Source: Macrostomum lignano (lineage: Eukaryota). Taken from it: a stretch of DNA of 57,005 bases. This document shows positions 23,001 to 36,500 of this stretch, in pieces. Below the pieces are notes generated by a model. It ran no database searches. It saw nothing but the letters and a program-made list of their open reading frames with translations, and had not been told where the DNA came from. Where the stretch lies: positions 1 through 57,005 of the forward strand of contig NIVC01000602.1 in assembly GCA_002269645.1 (NCBI GenBank), given 5' to 3'. The position numbers were made by a program, and so were the translations under genes. The first letter of the stretch is position 1; every line of letters starts with the position of its first letter.

Positions 23001-25379
23001 CATTTGCGCATACATATGCATGGAATTAACTCGGAAATATATACAATGATAGTTAAAATTTTATCAGCAATCCGGTATAACAAAAATGCGCTTTTGTTTG
23101 TATTGTCTTTAAATGATAGCAGCAAAGATTTACCACTGAAATTTTGAAATTTTAATCTATTTTCACTAATTCTTTAGTTACAGGCAAGTTATTCAAAAAG
23201 ATTATGAGGCACAAGTGAACCTCTATTAGACTGCAAACAGCAGAGCCCTCAAGTCCAAAACAGAGAACATGAAAATTTGCAATGGCGTCCGGCCGTTGTT
23301 TCCATGCAGTATAATTCTCTAAAGTACATGTATATGCCAAACAGGGGAAACAGCGCTACAATCACAGTTAGACAATATGCAGCGGATATTTTTGTATTTT
23401 TGCATCTTTGGCTGCCTGTTGTTTACTCGAGTGCATATGAAAACTGCAGCTTAAAAAATACGAGGTTACGAACCTCCTTCCACCCTTCTTATACCCTACA
23501 TGTACCATGTAGATCCGTAGATCACTGTGATGCTTAAAAAAGAAAAGCTAAAATGCTGCGTTCAGGTTTTTTGCGTTGAGCAGCAGAGAAATCGGTAGCC
23601 ACATACATAAGCGGAGCTGGTATGGTGGGCGCAGTAGAGAGGGGGCGCAGTCCCCCTCCTCATATTACCATAGACACTAAAATTTAAGTAAGAGACAGTA
23701 AGAAACAGAGACAGACAGACAAACAAATAGAATCTGTGAGAGTTACAACTACAACTTCAACATGGAGGAAGACTTGGCTTTTGACCTGCGCAATTGAGCC
23801 TACATTGAATCCCGTGTCAAAAAGGTCAGTGGTACCGCAAAGAAGAAGATGCGTATGACGGTCAACGGTGAGACTAACACTGGAAATCACATTTGAGTGA
23901 CCTTCGGGTTAACTTGTACGAGCATATAACTAACCGAATGGACAATATAAAATGATTCGCCAATTTTCGTTACCATGCTTGTTTCTTTTCAAAACTTTGT
24001 TTAAACTAAGTAAAGTTTAATGTTGAAAACAGGGGGGCCTATAGGCGTCGCCACCGGGGGGGGGGGGCAGGGAGGACATGCATGTCGCCCAGTAAAAGCT
24101 ACATGTATGGGGGCATGCCAATGCTCCTTTATGTCTCCCCAACCCCACCTCGTGAACCGTTATGGAAATCAATAATTTTGCTTCAGGGCGACAGAATATA
24201 GCGCCTACGGCGCCAAAATGAGTATCTGCGGCGCCAAAATGAGCGCTGACAACACCGATTCTGAAAATAATGTACATGTGGGAGTTTACATGTAGTCATG
24301 TACATGTATACGCTCGTACATGTAGAGAATTCTTGGCTTTGTGCCATAAAATCGATGGCGACGCCCCTGGTTGCAAAGTTCAACTGGCCTCGTTTTCAGG
24401 CCTGTGAATTTGGTTAATTGGCCTCGTTGTGAGTTCTCAGGCTTTCATTTTTAGTGAGGTTTTGCCATAGGCGGCCATTTCACTGGTAAAAAAGACATTA
24501 GGAATCAAGCTTGAACCTTCATATCTGTAGATTAAATCCTTTCTAGTTGACTTTCCGAGATGAAAGCGGACCATAGACATTTAATAAAGTTATATTCACT
24601 ATGGTACATGTGGAGGCTCCGCTCCCACACCCCCGCAGGGGACTGCGTCCCTTGACCCCTCTTTGCACTGTATTCAGTGTCTATGGTCCAAACTGTTTTG
24701 CGGATTTGTATCTAAATACATCCCAGAGTTTGTAAGCACGATTTAATTGAGGTAATGCATGGTTTTTACGAGTTCTATTAGCGTAAATCCCTTAAAAGCT
24801 TAAAAGCCTTCAGCTCTCGGGATTTAAATTAATTCAACCCTAAAACCATGCATTATCTTCTACTATGGTGAATCCTCATTCAGCGCTATACGTTCTCCAG
24901 AGCTTATTAAGTGTGCAGTGCAGTACATGCAGCGATACAACAATAGATCTTCGGTGATTCATTTTGGCAAGTGTCTAAGTACATTGGATTTGTTGGGGTC
25001 GTGCGAAGCAGTTCTGTCAGCTCGACCCGGTCTTAAGATTCCGACCGCGGCCTCAGGAGTTTGGTCCTCACCTACGAGTAAATGCATTTATCAGTTTATT
25101 AATGCCGACTCACTCCAGTGCTGCAGTACTCTCCTAACTGAGCTGAATAAGCAATGACAACAGTGCCTAAACTCAGCTGTACTTGTCTGAGTGGCTTCAG
25201 CTTCTCGAACTGTGTCTCTGCTACCATATGGTTCTCTGCTTTGCCCTGATCTTCATCGGATCTTGAAACTTTTATAGTTACGTCACCTTTTCAATCAAAA
25301 GTCAAAGTTAAAGCCAAGCAAAAGCAAAAGCAATATTCAAAACCTAAGAAAAATTTTGAAAAATTTAGCTCATTCTAGA

Positions 25380-25740
25380 GAGAAGGAGGGGGAATAGAGA
25401 AGAAAAGAGGAGAGGAGTGAGAGAGGAGAGAGGAGAGGAGGGGAGAGAAAAGAGAGGAGAGATGGGAGAGGAGGGGAGAGATGGGTGAGGAGGGGAGAGA
25501 TGGGAGAGGAGGGGAGAGATGGGAAAGGAGGGGAGAGACGGGAGAGGAGGGGAGAGATGGGAGAGGAGGGGAGAGACGGGAGAGGAGGGGAGACAAGAGA
25601 GAGGAGAGCAGGCAAGAGAGAGGAGAGCAGACAAGAGAGAGGAGAGCAGGCAAGAGAGAGGAGAGCAGGCAAGAGAGAGGAGAGCAGGCAAGAGAGACGA
25701 GAGCAGACAAGAGAGGAGAGAGAAGGGAGATAAGAGGATA
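25380..25740. repeat. Purine-rich (GAGAG/GAGGA) low-complexity repeat with 16-20 bp subunits
   Basis: Units gagaggaggggagagatgg and gagaggagagcaggcaaga. Confidence 0.9.
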
Positions 25741-27473
25741 GGAACGAGAAGGGAGATGCGAGCTTGAGCGGGCCGGATTGCTACTTTGAAGTTTCAAAGA
25801 ACATGAAGGGCCGGATACACGAGTAGACTTCGCTTGGGAGTTTGCCGACCCCTGAGCCAGACCACAGAATCAGAATTCAGAACCCAATGCAAGGCTCAGC
25901 CCTCTCAAAGTCTGAAATAATCAAGCAAGCCTATTTTCATTTTTAAACTTTTAAACTGCTTTTGTCGGGTTTCGTGAACAAGAAGAATTGGTTGATTGAA
26001 AAATCATTTTAAAAGCAAATTACCTCAGAAAAGAGATGAGACATGAGTCACAACCCCGAAACCACACATATTGGTGTGGCTTTGCGGTGATAAAGGTCAG
26101 CATAAAAGGGTTTAATAAATCTTGCGCTAAAAATTAAGGCTATAGGTTTATTTAGGATCTTCCATAAATCTATATGAAACGAACCAGCGGATAGAGGAGA
26201 TAAAAGCAGCAATTGGGGAGAGAATATTGGGGCAGAAAAATAGTGCTCAGAGACGATCGAAATCGGCAGACATTGCTGAAGAATCCGGAAGAGTTGTGCA
26301 GCGATCATCTGTGACTGTGCCAACCAAGCCAATAATTGTGAGACGGACATGGCTTAGCTTGGACACGAGGGACGTGAATCTGCAAGGATAGATAACAATG
26401 TTCTATCGATAAGTTTTCTCAATATGTGCCTGCTACTCATAAAAACAAAAAGAAGAAGACAGTTTGTGGAGCATTTTGCCAGTTAATTTTTAGTTAAATG
26501 TGGCCATCTGATACGCTTTTTAAAACGTTTAAAAATAAGGTAATTGCGCTTTAATCAGTGTACGGTGCATGTAAATTGTAGTCTGGGCTTAAGGGAGGAA
26601 ATAATAAATTCATTGGTCGCAGCACGGTTAAAAGCGAACCATGAGGCGCTCATGCTTGGGGCCCTTGCTACCCTAATGCCCGAATCTGGTGGGGGGGGAG
26701 GGGCAGGTTGCCCTCGCTCGGGACCCTCCTTGTGTCAAAGTCGGCCCAGCCAATAAGAATAGGCCTGGGCCGCATCAAAGAAGGTTGGGGTGGCAAGAAG
26801 ACGACGGGACTTGCAGGCAGTAAAGCAAGCTATGGTTCGGATAGAAAGGCTTGAGCTTTTTGGGTTCATATAGTTAGTCATACGCATACACAGCACACTG
26901 AGCCAAGAGGCTCGCATTGGACGGCAGTTCTATCTAACGGAGGTTGGGTGGGTGCGAGGAGGTTGGGGGTTTGGGTGGCGGAGGCGAGGCGGGGTTGAAC
27001 TGGAAGGGCTAGAATTCTAGTCTTTTACTTCCGTACCCCCCCCCAGAATGATATGGGTTTCTAAATGCGCCATGTATACTACTGTTCCGAAACGAAGTAG
27101 ATCCTAGTTGGAAAACTTTTTTATTTAGAAAATTAAAGTTCAACCTGCTATTAAAAGACGTTTTTCATGTTTGCATCTACGATTTGAGTTGTATTATTCG
27201 TCCAATAAGTTTAAAAGACTTCACAGGGAGAAAAGCTTTCCATATTACATTCGAGTTATTCTTGCTCTTAGCCCCTCCCCATAAGCGCTGGCCCGTCCCA
27301 TAAAAAGTGGATGGGGCCCCAACAGCTTGCTGATTAGTGGGCCAGACTTTCCTACTATAGCCACAGCCACTGAGTCTTTGGAGCACACAGGGTTTGCGGG
27401 CGAGCTTCGCTTTTATCCTTCCCCACGGCCTATTAACTTCCAAGTTCCGCTCTTGTTTTGTCCGCCGCCTGCG

Positions 27474-27542
27474 ATGGATCCAATGCCGGCAAATTTGCGC
27501 AACTGGCAGGATCAACTAAACGCTGCCATTCGAGCGCACCGG
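27474..27542 (+). CDS. PHF21-like exon 1
   Basis: ATG GAT CCA; donor CGG|GTAAGA. Confidence 0.7.
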
Positions 27543-30500
27543 GTAAGAGTTTAATAAACTTGGCTACTTTCTAGGTTTTTATCCTGTTTTTTTCTATTGT
27601 ATTTTGAGCTCAGTCTATGCCGCACCGCATAAAATTTATCTGCAAAATCGCTGTCAAAATCGCCATTTCACTAAAATAAGGGAAATTAGAAGCTGATTTG
27701 ATTACCTAATATTAAGTTTTCGCTTTTCCAAACTTACATTTTACTGTCACCGATTCGTTCTATTTTTGGACCAAACGAAATGAATTCTATTTTTTGTTAA
27801 TATGTTTGCCGCTTACCTCCACCTCTCATCCTGGCCAACTCTAAACTTATTCAAAATGACGCCCCAGGTGGCTTCTTGCCCAGAATTCCGAAATGGCGCA
27901 ACAATCTCCATTCTCCACGCCTCAGATTCCAAAATGGCGCCCCAATCTCCATTCTCCACGCCTCAGATTCCAAAATGGCGCCCCAATCTCCATTCTCCAC
28001 GCCTCAGATTCCAAAATGGCGCCCCAATCTCCATTCTCCACGCCTCAGATTCCAAATGGCGCCCCAATCTCCATTCTCCACACCTGAGATTCCAAATGGC
28101 GCCCCAATCTCCAACCTCCACACCTGAGATTCCAAATGGCGCCCCAATCTCCAACCTCCACACCTGAGATTCCAAATGGCGCCCTAATCTCCACACCTGA
28201 GATTCCAAAATGGCGCCCTAATCTCCACACCTGAGATTCCAAAATGGCGCCCTAATCTCCACACCTGAGATTCCAAAATGGCGCCCCATTCTCCACACCT
28301 GAGATTCCAAATGGCGCCCAATCTCCATTCTCCACAACTGAGATTCCAAATGGCGCCCATTCTCCATTCTCCACACCTAAGATTCCAAAATGGCGCCCAT
28401 TCTCCATTCTCCACACCTGAGATTCCAAATGGCGCCCAATCTCCATTCTCCACAACTGAGATTCCAAATGGCGCCCATTCTCCATTCTCCACACCTGAGA
28501 TTCCAAATGGCGCCCATTCTCCATTCTCCACACCTGAGATTCCAAAATGGCGCCCCAATCTCCACACCTGAGATTCCAAATGGCGCCCAATCTCCATTCT
28601 CCACACCTGAGATTCCAAAATGGCGCCCCAATCTCCACACCTGAGATTCCAAAATGGCGCCCCAATCTCTACACCTGAGATTCCAAAATGGCGCCCCATT
28701 CTCCACACCTGAGATTCCAAATGGCGCCCCAATCTCCACACCTGAGATTCCAAAATGGCGCCCCAATCTCCATTCTCCACACCTGAGATTCCAAAATGGC
28801 GCCCCAATCTCCATTCTCCACATCTGAGATTCCAAAATGGCGCCCCAATCTCCTCACCTGAGATTCCAAAATGGCGCCCCAATCTTCTCACCTAATCCAG
28901 TATAAAATCCTTAAATAAACTGAGCAACTAAGCGGACCCCAAACCAATGTCATGCAGAACCTGGTAGGCCGCACCAGCCTCAGTCCGCACGACCAGAGTC
29001 TGCAGGCCAAAGTGCAGTCTGCCGAGAAGCTGATTGTGCGCATCTACCAGGCTCAGGTGAGGCCTCGCTTGGCTGGCTGTCTGGCTGACATGTTGGCTGT
29101 CCTTAATTTGCCAATCACGACTATTTCTACTGCCGCAGATAACTGCATTGCAATCTATTCCATCTACTTCTACGAGTATAGTATACTATTCCAGCTTACT
29201 TTCTCCGTTCTACTCTACTTGTCACCCTACTCTTCACTCTACTTTTTCATCATCTCCAATCCTCTTAAGCTACTCCCCATCTTCACTCCTACCTTCATCC
29301 TGCCCTTGACCTCACTTCCCAGTCTACTCTTCACCCTTACTTTCTATCTTCACCTCTACTCTTCATCCTACTCTTTACCCTATTCTCCACGCTGCTCTCC
29401 ACTCTATTCTCTTCATTCTAACCTTCACCCTACTTCCCAGTCTATTCTTCACCCTACTCTCTACTCTACTCATCACTCTACTCTTTACCCTACTCTCCAT
29501 CTACACCTCTATCTTCACTCTACTCTCCACTCTGCTTTCGACTCTACTCTTCACTCTACTCTACTCTTCTCTCTACTCATCACTCTACTCTAATCTTCAC
29601 TCTACTCTACTCTCCACTCGACTCTCCACTCTACTCTTCACTCTACTCTCCACTCTACTCTTCACTCTACTCTCCACTCTACTCTTCACTCTACTCTCCA
29701 CTCTACTCTCAACTCTACTCTTCACTCTACTCTTCACTCTACTCTTCACTCTACTCTTCACTCTAACTCTTCACTCTACTCTCCACTCTACTCTCAACTC
29801 TACTCTCCACTCTACTCTCCACTCTACTCTTCACTCTACTCTCCACTCTACTCTTCATTCTACTCTTCACCTTACTCGATCGCACGCTCCACCTGTAAAC
29901 AAAGCTGATGACCATTCCGCAGAAGCCGCTGCTGGAGCAGTACAAGAAGGAATGTGAACGGAAACGCGCAGCCTTGAAAGCGACCCACGGGCATCGCGTC
30001 ATCAAGGTAGCAGCGCTGCGCACATTCTGCAATGACAAAAAAATCAGAACATTGAAACAGCTTTTCAAACCGAAATTAACTCCCTCATTCGAGCAGGACC
30101 AGGCAAAGTCGCTTGACGAAGTGTTGGACGACGGGGTGCGACATCACTTCTGCCCGTCAACTCTTGAACGACTTGGCAACAGCGTTGGGAGCCTCAGCCC
30201 GGAGAAGAAAAGGGTGAGTCTGCACTGAACTTGCTCAGCTACCGGATTTTCTACTCCAAAACTACCCGATTTTCTACTCCAAAACTACCCGATTTTCTAC
30301 TCCAAAACTACCCGATTTTCTACTCCAAAACTACCGGATTTTCTACTCCAAAACTACCGGATTTTCTACTCCAAAACTACCGGATTTTCTTCTCTAAAAC
30401 TACCGGATTTTCTACTCCAAAACTACCGGATTTTCTACTCCAAAACTACCAGATTTTCTACTCCAAAACTACCCGATTTTCTTTTCTAAATCTACCGGAT

Positions 30501-33500
30501 TTTCTACTCCAAAACTACCCGATTTTCTACTCCAAAACTACCGGATTTTCTACTCCAAAACTACCGGGTTTTCTACTCCAAAACTACCCGATTTTCTTTT
30601 CTAAAACTACCGGATTTTCTACTCCAAAACTACCGGACTTTCTACTACAAAACTACCGGACTTTCTACTCCAAAACTACCGGATTTTCTACTCCAAGACT
30701 ACCCGATTTTCTTTTCTAAAACTACCGGATTTTCTACTCCAAAACTACCGGATTTTCTACTCCAAAACTACCGGATTTTCTACTCCAAAACTACCGGATT
30801 TTCTTCTCTAAAACTACCGGATTTTCTACTCCAAAACTACCGGATTTTCTACTCCAAAACTACCAGATTTTCTACTCCAAAACTACCCGATTTTCTTTTC
30901 TAAATCTACCGGATTTTCTACTCCAAAACTACCCGATTTTCTACTCCAAAACTACCGGATTTTCTACTCCAAAACTACCGGATTTTCTACTCCAAAACTA
31001 CCGGATTTTCTACTCCAAAACTACCGGATTTTCTACTCCAAAACTACCCGATTTTCTTTTTATAAAACTACCGGATTTTCTACTCCAAAACTACCGGATT
31101 TTCCACTCCAAAACTACCGGATTTTCTACTCCAAAACTACCGGACTTTCTACTACAAAACTACCGGACTTTCTACTCCAAAACTACCGGATTTTCTACTC
31201 CAAGACTACCCGATTTTCTTTTCTAATACTACCGGATTTTCTACTCCAAAACTACCGGATTTTCTACTCCAAAACTACCGGACTTTCTACTCCAAAACTA
31301 CCCGATTTTCTTTTCTAAAACAACCGGATTTTCTACTCCAAAACTACCGGATTTTCTACTCCAAAACTACCAGATTTTCTACTCCAAAACTACCCGATTT
31401 TCTTTTCTAAATCTACCGGATTTTCTACTCCAAAACTACCCGATTTTCTACCCTAAAACTACCCGATTTTCTGCTCCAAAACTACCAGATTTTCTACTCC
31501 AAAACTACCCGATTTTCTTTTCTAAATCTACCGGATTTTCTGCTCCAAAACTACCGGATTTTCTACTCCAAAACTACCCGATTTTCTTTTCTAAAACTAC
31601 CGGATTTTCTACTCCAAAACTACCGGATTTTCTACTCCAAAACTACCGGACTTTCTACTCCAAAACTACCCGATTTTCTTTTCTAAAACAACCGGATTTT
31701 CTACTCCAAAACTACCGGATTTTCTACTCCAAAACTACCAGATTTTCTACTCCAAAACTACCCGATTTTCTTTTCTAAATCTACCGGATTTTCTACTCCA
31801 AAACTACCCGATTTTCTACCCTAAAACTACCCGATTTTCTGCTCCAAAACTACCAGATTTTCTACTCCAAAACTACCCGATTTTCTACTCCAAAACTACC
31901 CGATTTTCTTTTCTAAAACTACCGGATTTTCTACTCCAAAACTACCGGATTTTCTACTCCAAAACTACCGGACTTTCTACTCCAAAACTACCCGATTTTC
32001 TTTTCTAAAACAACCGGATTTTCTACTCCAAAACTACCGGATTTTCTACTCCAAAACTACCAGATTTTCTACTCCAAAACTACCCGATTTTCTTTTCTAA
32101 ATCTACCGGATTTTCTACTCCAAAACTACCCGATTTTCTACTCCAAAACTACCCGATTTTCTACCCTAAAACTACCCGATTTTCTGCTCCAAAACTACCC
32201 GATTGTCTACCCTAAAACTACCCGATTTTCTACTCCAAAACTACCCGATTTTCTACCCTAAAACTACCCGATTTTCTGCTCCAAAACTACCCGATTGTCT
32301 ACCCTAAAACTACCCGATTTTCTACTCCAAAACTACCCGATTGTCTACCCTAAAACTACCAGTTCATCTTCGGCGAAACCAGAATCTCTCCCACACAACT
32401 ATTAGATTTTCTCGCACAAAACTATCATGCTCATATTTCCAACCCTAAATTTTGTTCCGGTAGCACCAAAAAGTCCCTGATACCTTTAAACTGTCTAAAG
32501 CTGGCACAAAAAATCTCAAATCAATGGCTCAAACATTGCAGAAGATGAACTTCTTGGCGCTATTTGATTTGGTCACCCCGAAGCTTAGCAATGGTGAGTT
32601 TTTGTGTTTTGCGTATTTTCAATCAATTTTGGCAACATTAGTTTTTGGTTCAAAGTGGTCTCTGTGTGGATCAGCAAGACTTTTAGCGGCTCAGTGAAGC
32701 GATAAAGTGATAATTGATAAGAGAGAATCAGGAGACAACAAGAGAGACACACAGGAGACAAGAGAGACACAAAGGAGGCAAGATCGAGACACACAGGAGA
32801 CAAGAGAGACACACAGGAGACAAGAGAGACACACAGGAGGCAAGAGAGACACACAGGAGACAAGAGAGACACAAAGGAGGCAAGATCGAGACACACAGGA
32901 GGCAAGAGAGACACACAGGAGGCAAGATCGAGACACACAGGAGACAAGAGAGACGCAAAGGAGGCAAGAGAGACACACAGGAGACAAGAGAGACACACAG
33001 GAGGCAAGAGAGACACACAGGAGACAAGAGAGACACACAGGAGGCAAGAGAGACACACAGGAGACAAGAGAGACACACAGGAGGCAAGAGAGACACACAG
33101 GAGACAAGAGAGACACACAGGAGACAAGAGAGACACACAGGAGACAAGAGAGACACACAGGAGGCAAGAGAGACACACAGGAGACAAGAGAGACACAAAG
33201 GAGGCAAGATCGAGACACACAGGAGACAAGAGAGACACAAAGGAGGCAAGATCGAGACACACAGGAGACAAGAGAGACACACAGGAGACAAGAGAGACAC
33301 ACAGGAGACAAGAGAGACACACAGGAGGCAAGAGAGACACACAGGAGACAAGAGAGACACACAGGAGGCAAGAGAGACACACAGGAGACAAGAGAGACAC
33401 ACAGGAGGCAAGAGAGACACACAGGAGACAAGAGAGACACACAGGAGACAAGAGAGACACACAGGAGGCAAGAGAGACACACAGGAGACAAGAGAGACGC

Positions 33501-36500
33501 ACAGGAGACAAGAGAGACACACAGGAGGCAAGAGAGACACACAGAAGGCAAGAGAGACACACAGGAGACAAGAGAGACGCACAGGAGACAAGAGAGACAC
33601 ACAGGAGGCAAGAGAGACACACAGGAGACAAGAGAGACGCACAGGAGACAAGAGAGACACACAGGAGGCAAGAGAGACACACAGGAGGCAAGAGAGACAT
33701 ACAGGAGTCAAGATCGAGACACACATGAGACAAGATCGAGACACACCCGCTCCCCTTCCCCAACCCAGACATCGTGGAGTCGAAGGCACCGCACCGGAAG
33801 CGCCGGCAGGAGCTGGTGAACACGGACTTCAACGTGCTGCTGGGCCATCCAATTGATCCCAATGCTCCGACCGTCGGATGCAAGCGCTTCAGAACTGCTG
33901 CTGCGGCTTCTGCTGCTGCTGCGGCTGCTGCGGCTGCGACTGCGGCTGCGACGACTGCCACCTCGTCGAAGGCTGCGGACACAGCGGCTACCAGCACTTC
34001 GTCAGCGTTGGGCATCCTCACCAGGTCGTCGCGGCGAACTCGTGGCCGCGATTCCACCGCCTCGACATCCGCTTCGGCGACTAACGGCGTCGACAAGTCC
34101 CCGACGCATTGTTCAGAGCCGCAGCAAGAGGTGGGTGGCAGACTCAGGGTAGCTTTTGCGGCAGACTGTCGGTAGCTTTTGTGGCAGACTGTCGGTAGCT
34201 TTTGCGGCAGCTTGTCGGTAGCTTTTGCGGTAGACTGTCGGTAGCTTTTGCGGCAGACTGTCGGTAGCTTTTGCGGCAGCTTGTCGGTAGCTTTTGCGGC
34301 AGACTGTCGGTAGCTTTTGCGGCAGACTGTCGGTAGCTTTTGCGGCAGACTGTCGGTAGCTTTTGTGGCAGACTGTCGGTAGCTTTTGTGGCAGACTGTC
34401 GGTAGCTTTTGCGGCAGCTTGTCGGTAGCTTTTGCGGCAGACTGTCGGTAGCTTTTGCGGCAGCTTGTCGGTAGCTTTTGCGGCAGACTGTCGGTAGCTT
34501 TTGCGGCAGCTTGTCGGTAGCTTTTGTGGCAGACTGTCGGTAGCTTTTGCGGCAGCTTGTCGGTAGCTTTTGCGGCAGACTGTCGGTAGCTTTTGCGGCA
34601 GACTGTCGGTAGCTTTTGCGGCAGACTGTCGGTAGCTTTTGCGGCAGACTGTCGGTAGCTTTTGCGGCAGACTGTCGGTAGCTTTTGCGGCAGACTGTCG
34701 GTAGCTTTTGCGGCAGACTGTCGGTAGCTTTTGCGGCAGACTGTCGGTAGCTTTTGCGGCAGACTGTCGGTAGCTTTTGTGGCAGACTGTCGGTAGCTTT
34801 TGCGGCAGACTGTCGGTAGCTTTTGCGGCAGACTGTCGGTAGCTTTTGCGGCAGACTGTCGGTAGCTTTTGCGGCAGACTGTCGGTAGCTTTTGCGGCAG
34901 ACTGTCGGTAGCTTTTGCGGCAGACTGTCGGTAGCTTTTGCGGCAGATGATAGATCGGTAGCTTTTGTGGCAGATAATAGATCGGTAGCTTTTGTGGTAG
35001 ATGATAGATCGGTAGCTTTTGTGGTAGATGATAGATCGGTAGCTTTTGTGGCAGATAATAGATCGGTAGCTTTTGTGGTAGATAATAGATCGGTAGCTTT
35101 TGTGGTAGATAATAGATAGGTAGCTTTTGTGGTAGATGATAGATCGGTAGCTTTTGTTGCAGATGATAGATCGGTGGCTTTTGTGGCAGATGATAGATCG
35201 GTAGCTTTTGTGGCAGATGATAGATCGGTAGCTTTTGTGGCAGATGATAGATCGGTAGCTTTTGTGGTAGATAATAGATCGGTAGCTTTTGTGGTAGATA
35301 ATAGATAGGTAGCTTTTGTGGTAGATGATAGATCGGTAGCTTTTGTGGCAGATGATAGATCGGTAGCTTTTGTGGCAGATGATAGATCGGTAGCTTTTGT
35401 GGCAGATGATAGATCGGTAGCTTTTGTGGTAGATAATAGATCGGTAGCTTTTGTGGCAGATAATAGATCGGTAGCTGTTGTGGTAGATAATAGATCGGTA
35501 GCTTTTGTGGCAGGGTAGCTTTTGTGGTAGATGATAGATCGGTAGCTTTTGTGGTAGATGATAGATCGGTAGCTTTTGTTGCAGATGATAGATCGGTAGC
35601 TTTTGTTGCAGATGATAGATCGGTAGCTTTTGTGATAGATGATAGATCGGTGGCTTTTGTGGCAGATGATAGATCGGTAGCTTTTGTGGCAGATGATAGA
35701 TCGGTAGCTTTTGTTGCAGATGATAGATCGGTAGCTTTTGTGGCAGATGATAGATCGGTAGCTTTTGTTGCAGATGATAGATCGGTAGCTTTTGTGGCAG
35801 ATGATAAATCGGTAGCTTTTGTGGCAGATGATAGATCGGTAGCTTTTGTGATAGATGATAGATCGGTGGCTTTTGTGGCAGATGATAGATCGGTAGCTTT
35901 TGTGGCAGATGATAGATCGGTAGCTTTTGTTGCAGATGATAGATCGGTAGCTTTTGTGGCAGATGATAGATCGGTAGCTTTTGTTGCAGATGATAGATCG
36001 GTAGCTTTTGTTGCAGATGATAGATCGGTAGCTTTTGTGGCAGATGATAGATCGGTAGCTTTTGTGATAGATGATAGATCGGTGGCTTTTGTGGCAGATG
36101 ATAGATCGGTAGCTTTTGTGGCAGATGATAGATCGGTAGCTTTTGTTGCAGATGATAGATCGGTAGCTTTTGTGGCAGATGATAGATCGGTAGCTTTTGT
36201 GATAGATGATAGATCGGTGGCTTTTGTGGTAGATGATAGATCGGTAGCTTTTGTGGTAGATGATAGATCGGTAGCTTTTGTTGCAGATGATAGATCGGTA
36301 GCTTTTGTTGCAGATGATAGATCGGTAGCTTTTGTGATAGATGATAGATCGGTGGCTTTTGTGGCAGATGATAGATCGGTAGCTTTTGTGGCAGATGATA
36401 GATCGGTAGCTTTTGTTGCAGATGATAGATCGGTAGCTTTTGTGGCAGATGATAGATCGGTAGCTTTTGTTGCAGATGATAGATCGGTAGCTTTTGTGGC

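Noticed and set aside
22972-23010. tRNA-Val-like start (gtttcgttgtagtggtta)
   Set aside because: There is no T-arm or B-box and no cloverleaf downstream.
33820-33890. PIDPNAPTVGC resembling the ING-family PxDPNEPTYC motif before a PHD finger
   Set aside because: No ING-type Cys/His pattern follows, and the rest of the protein fits PHF21 better; treated as coincidence.
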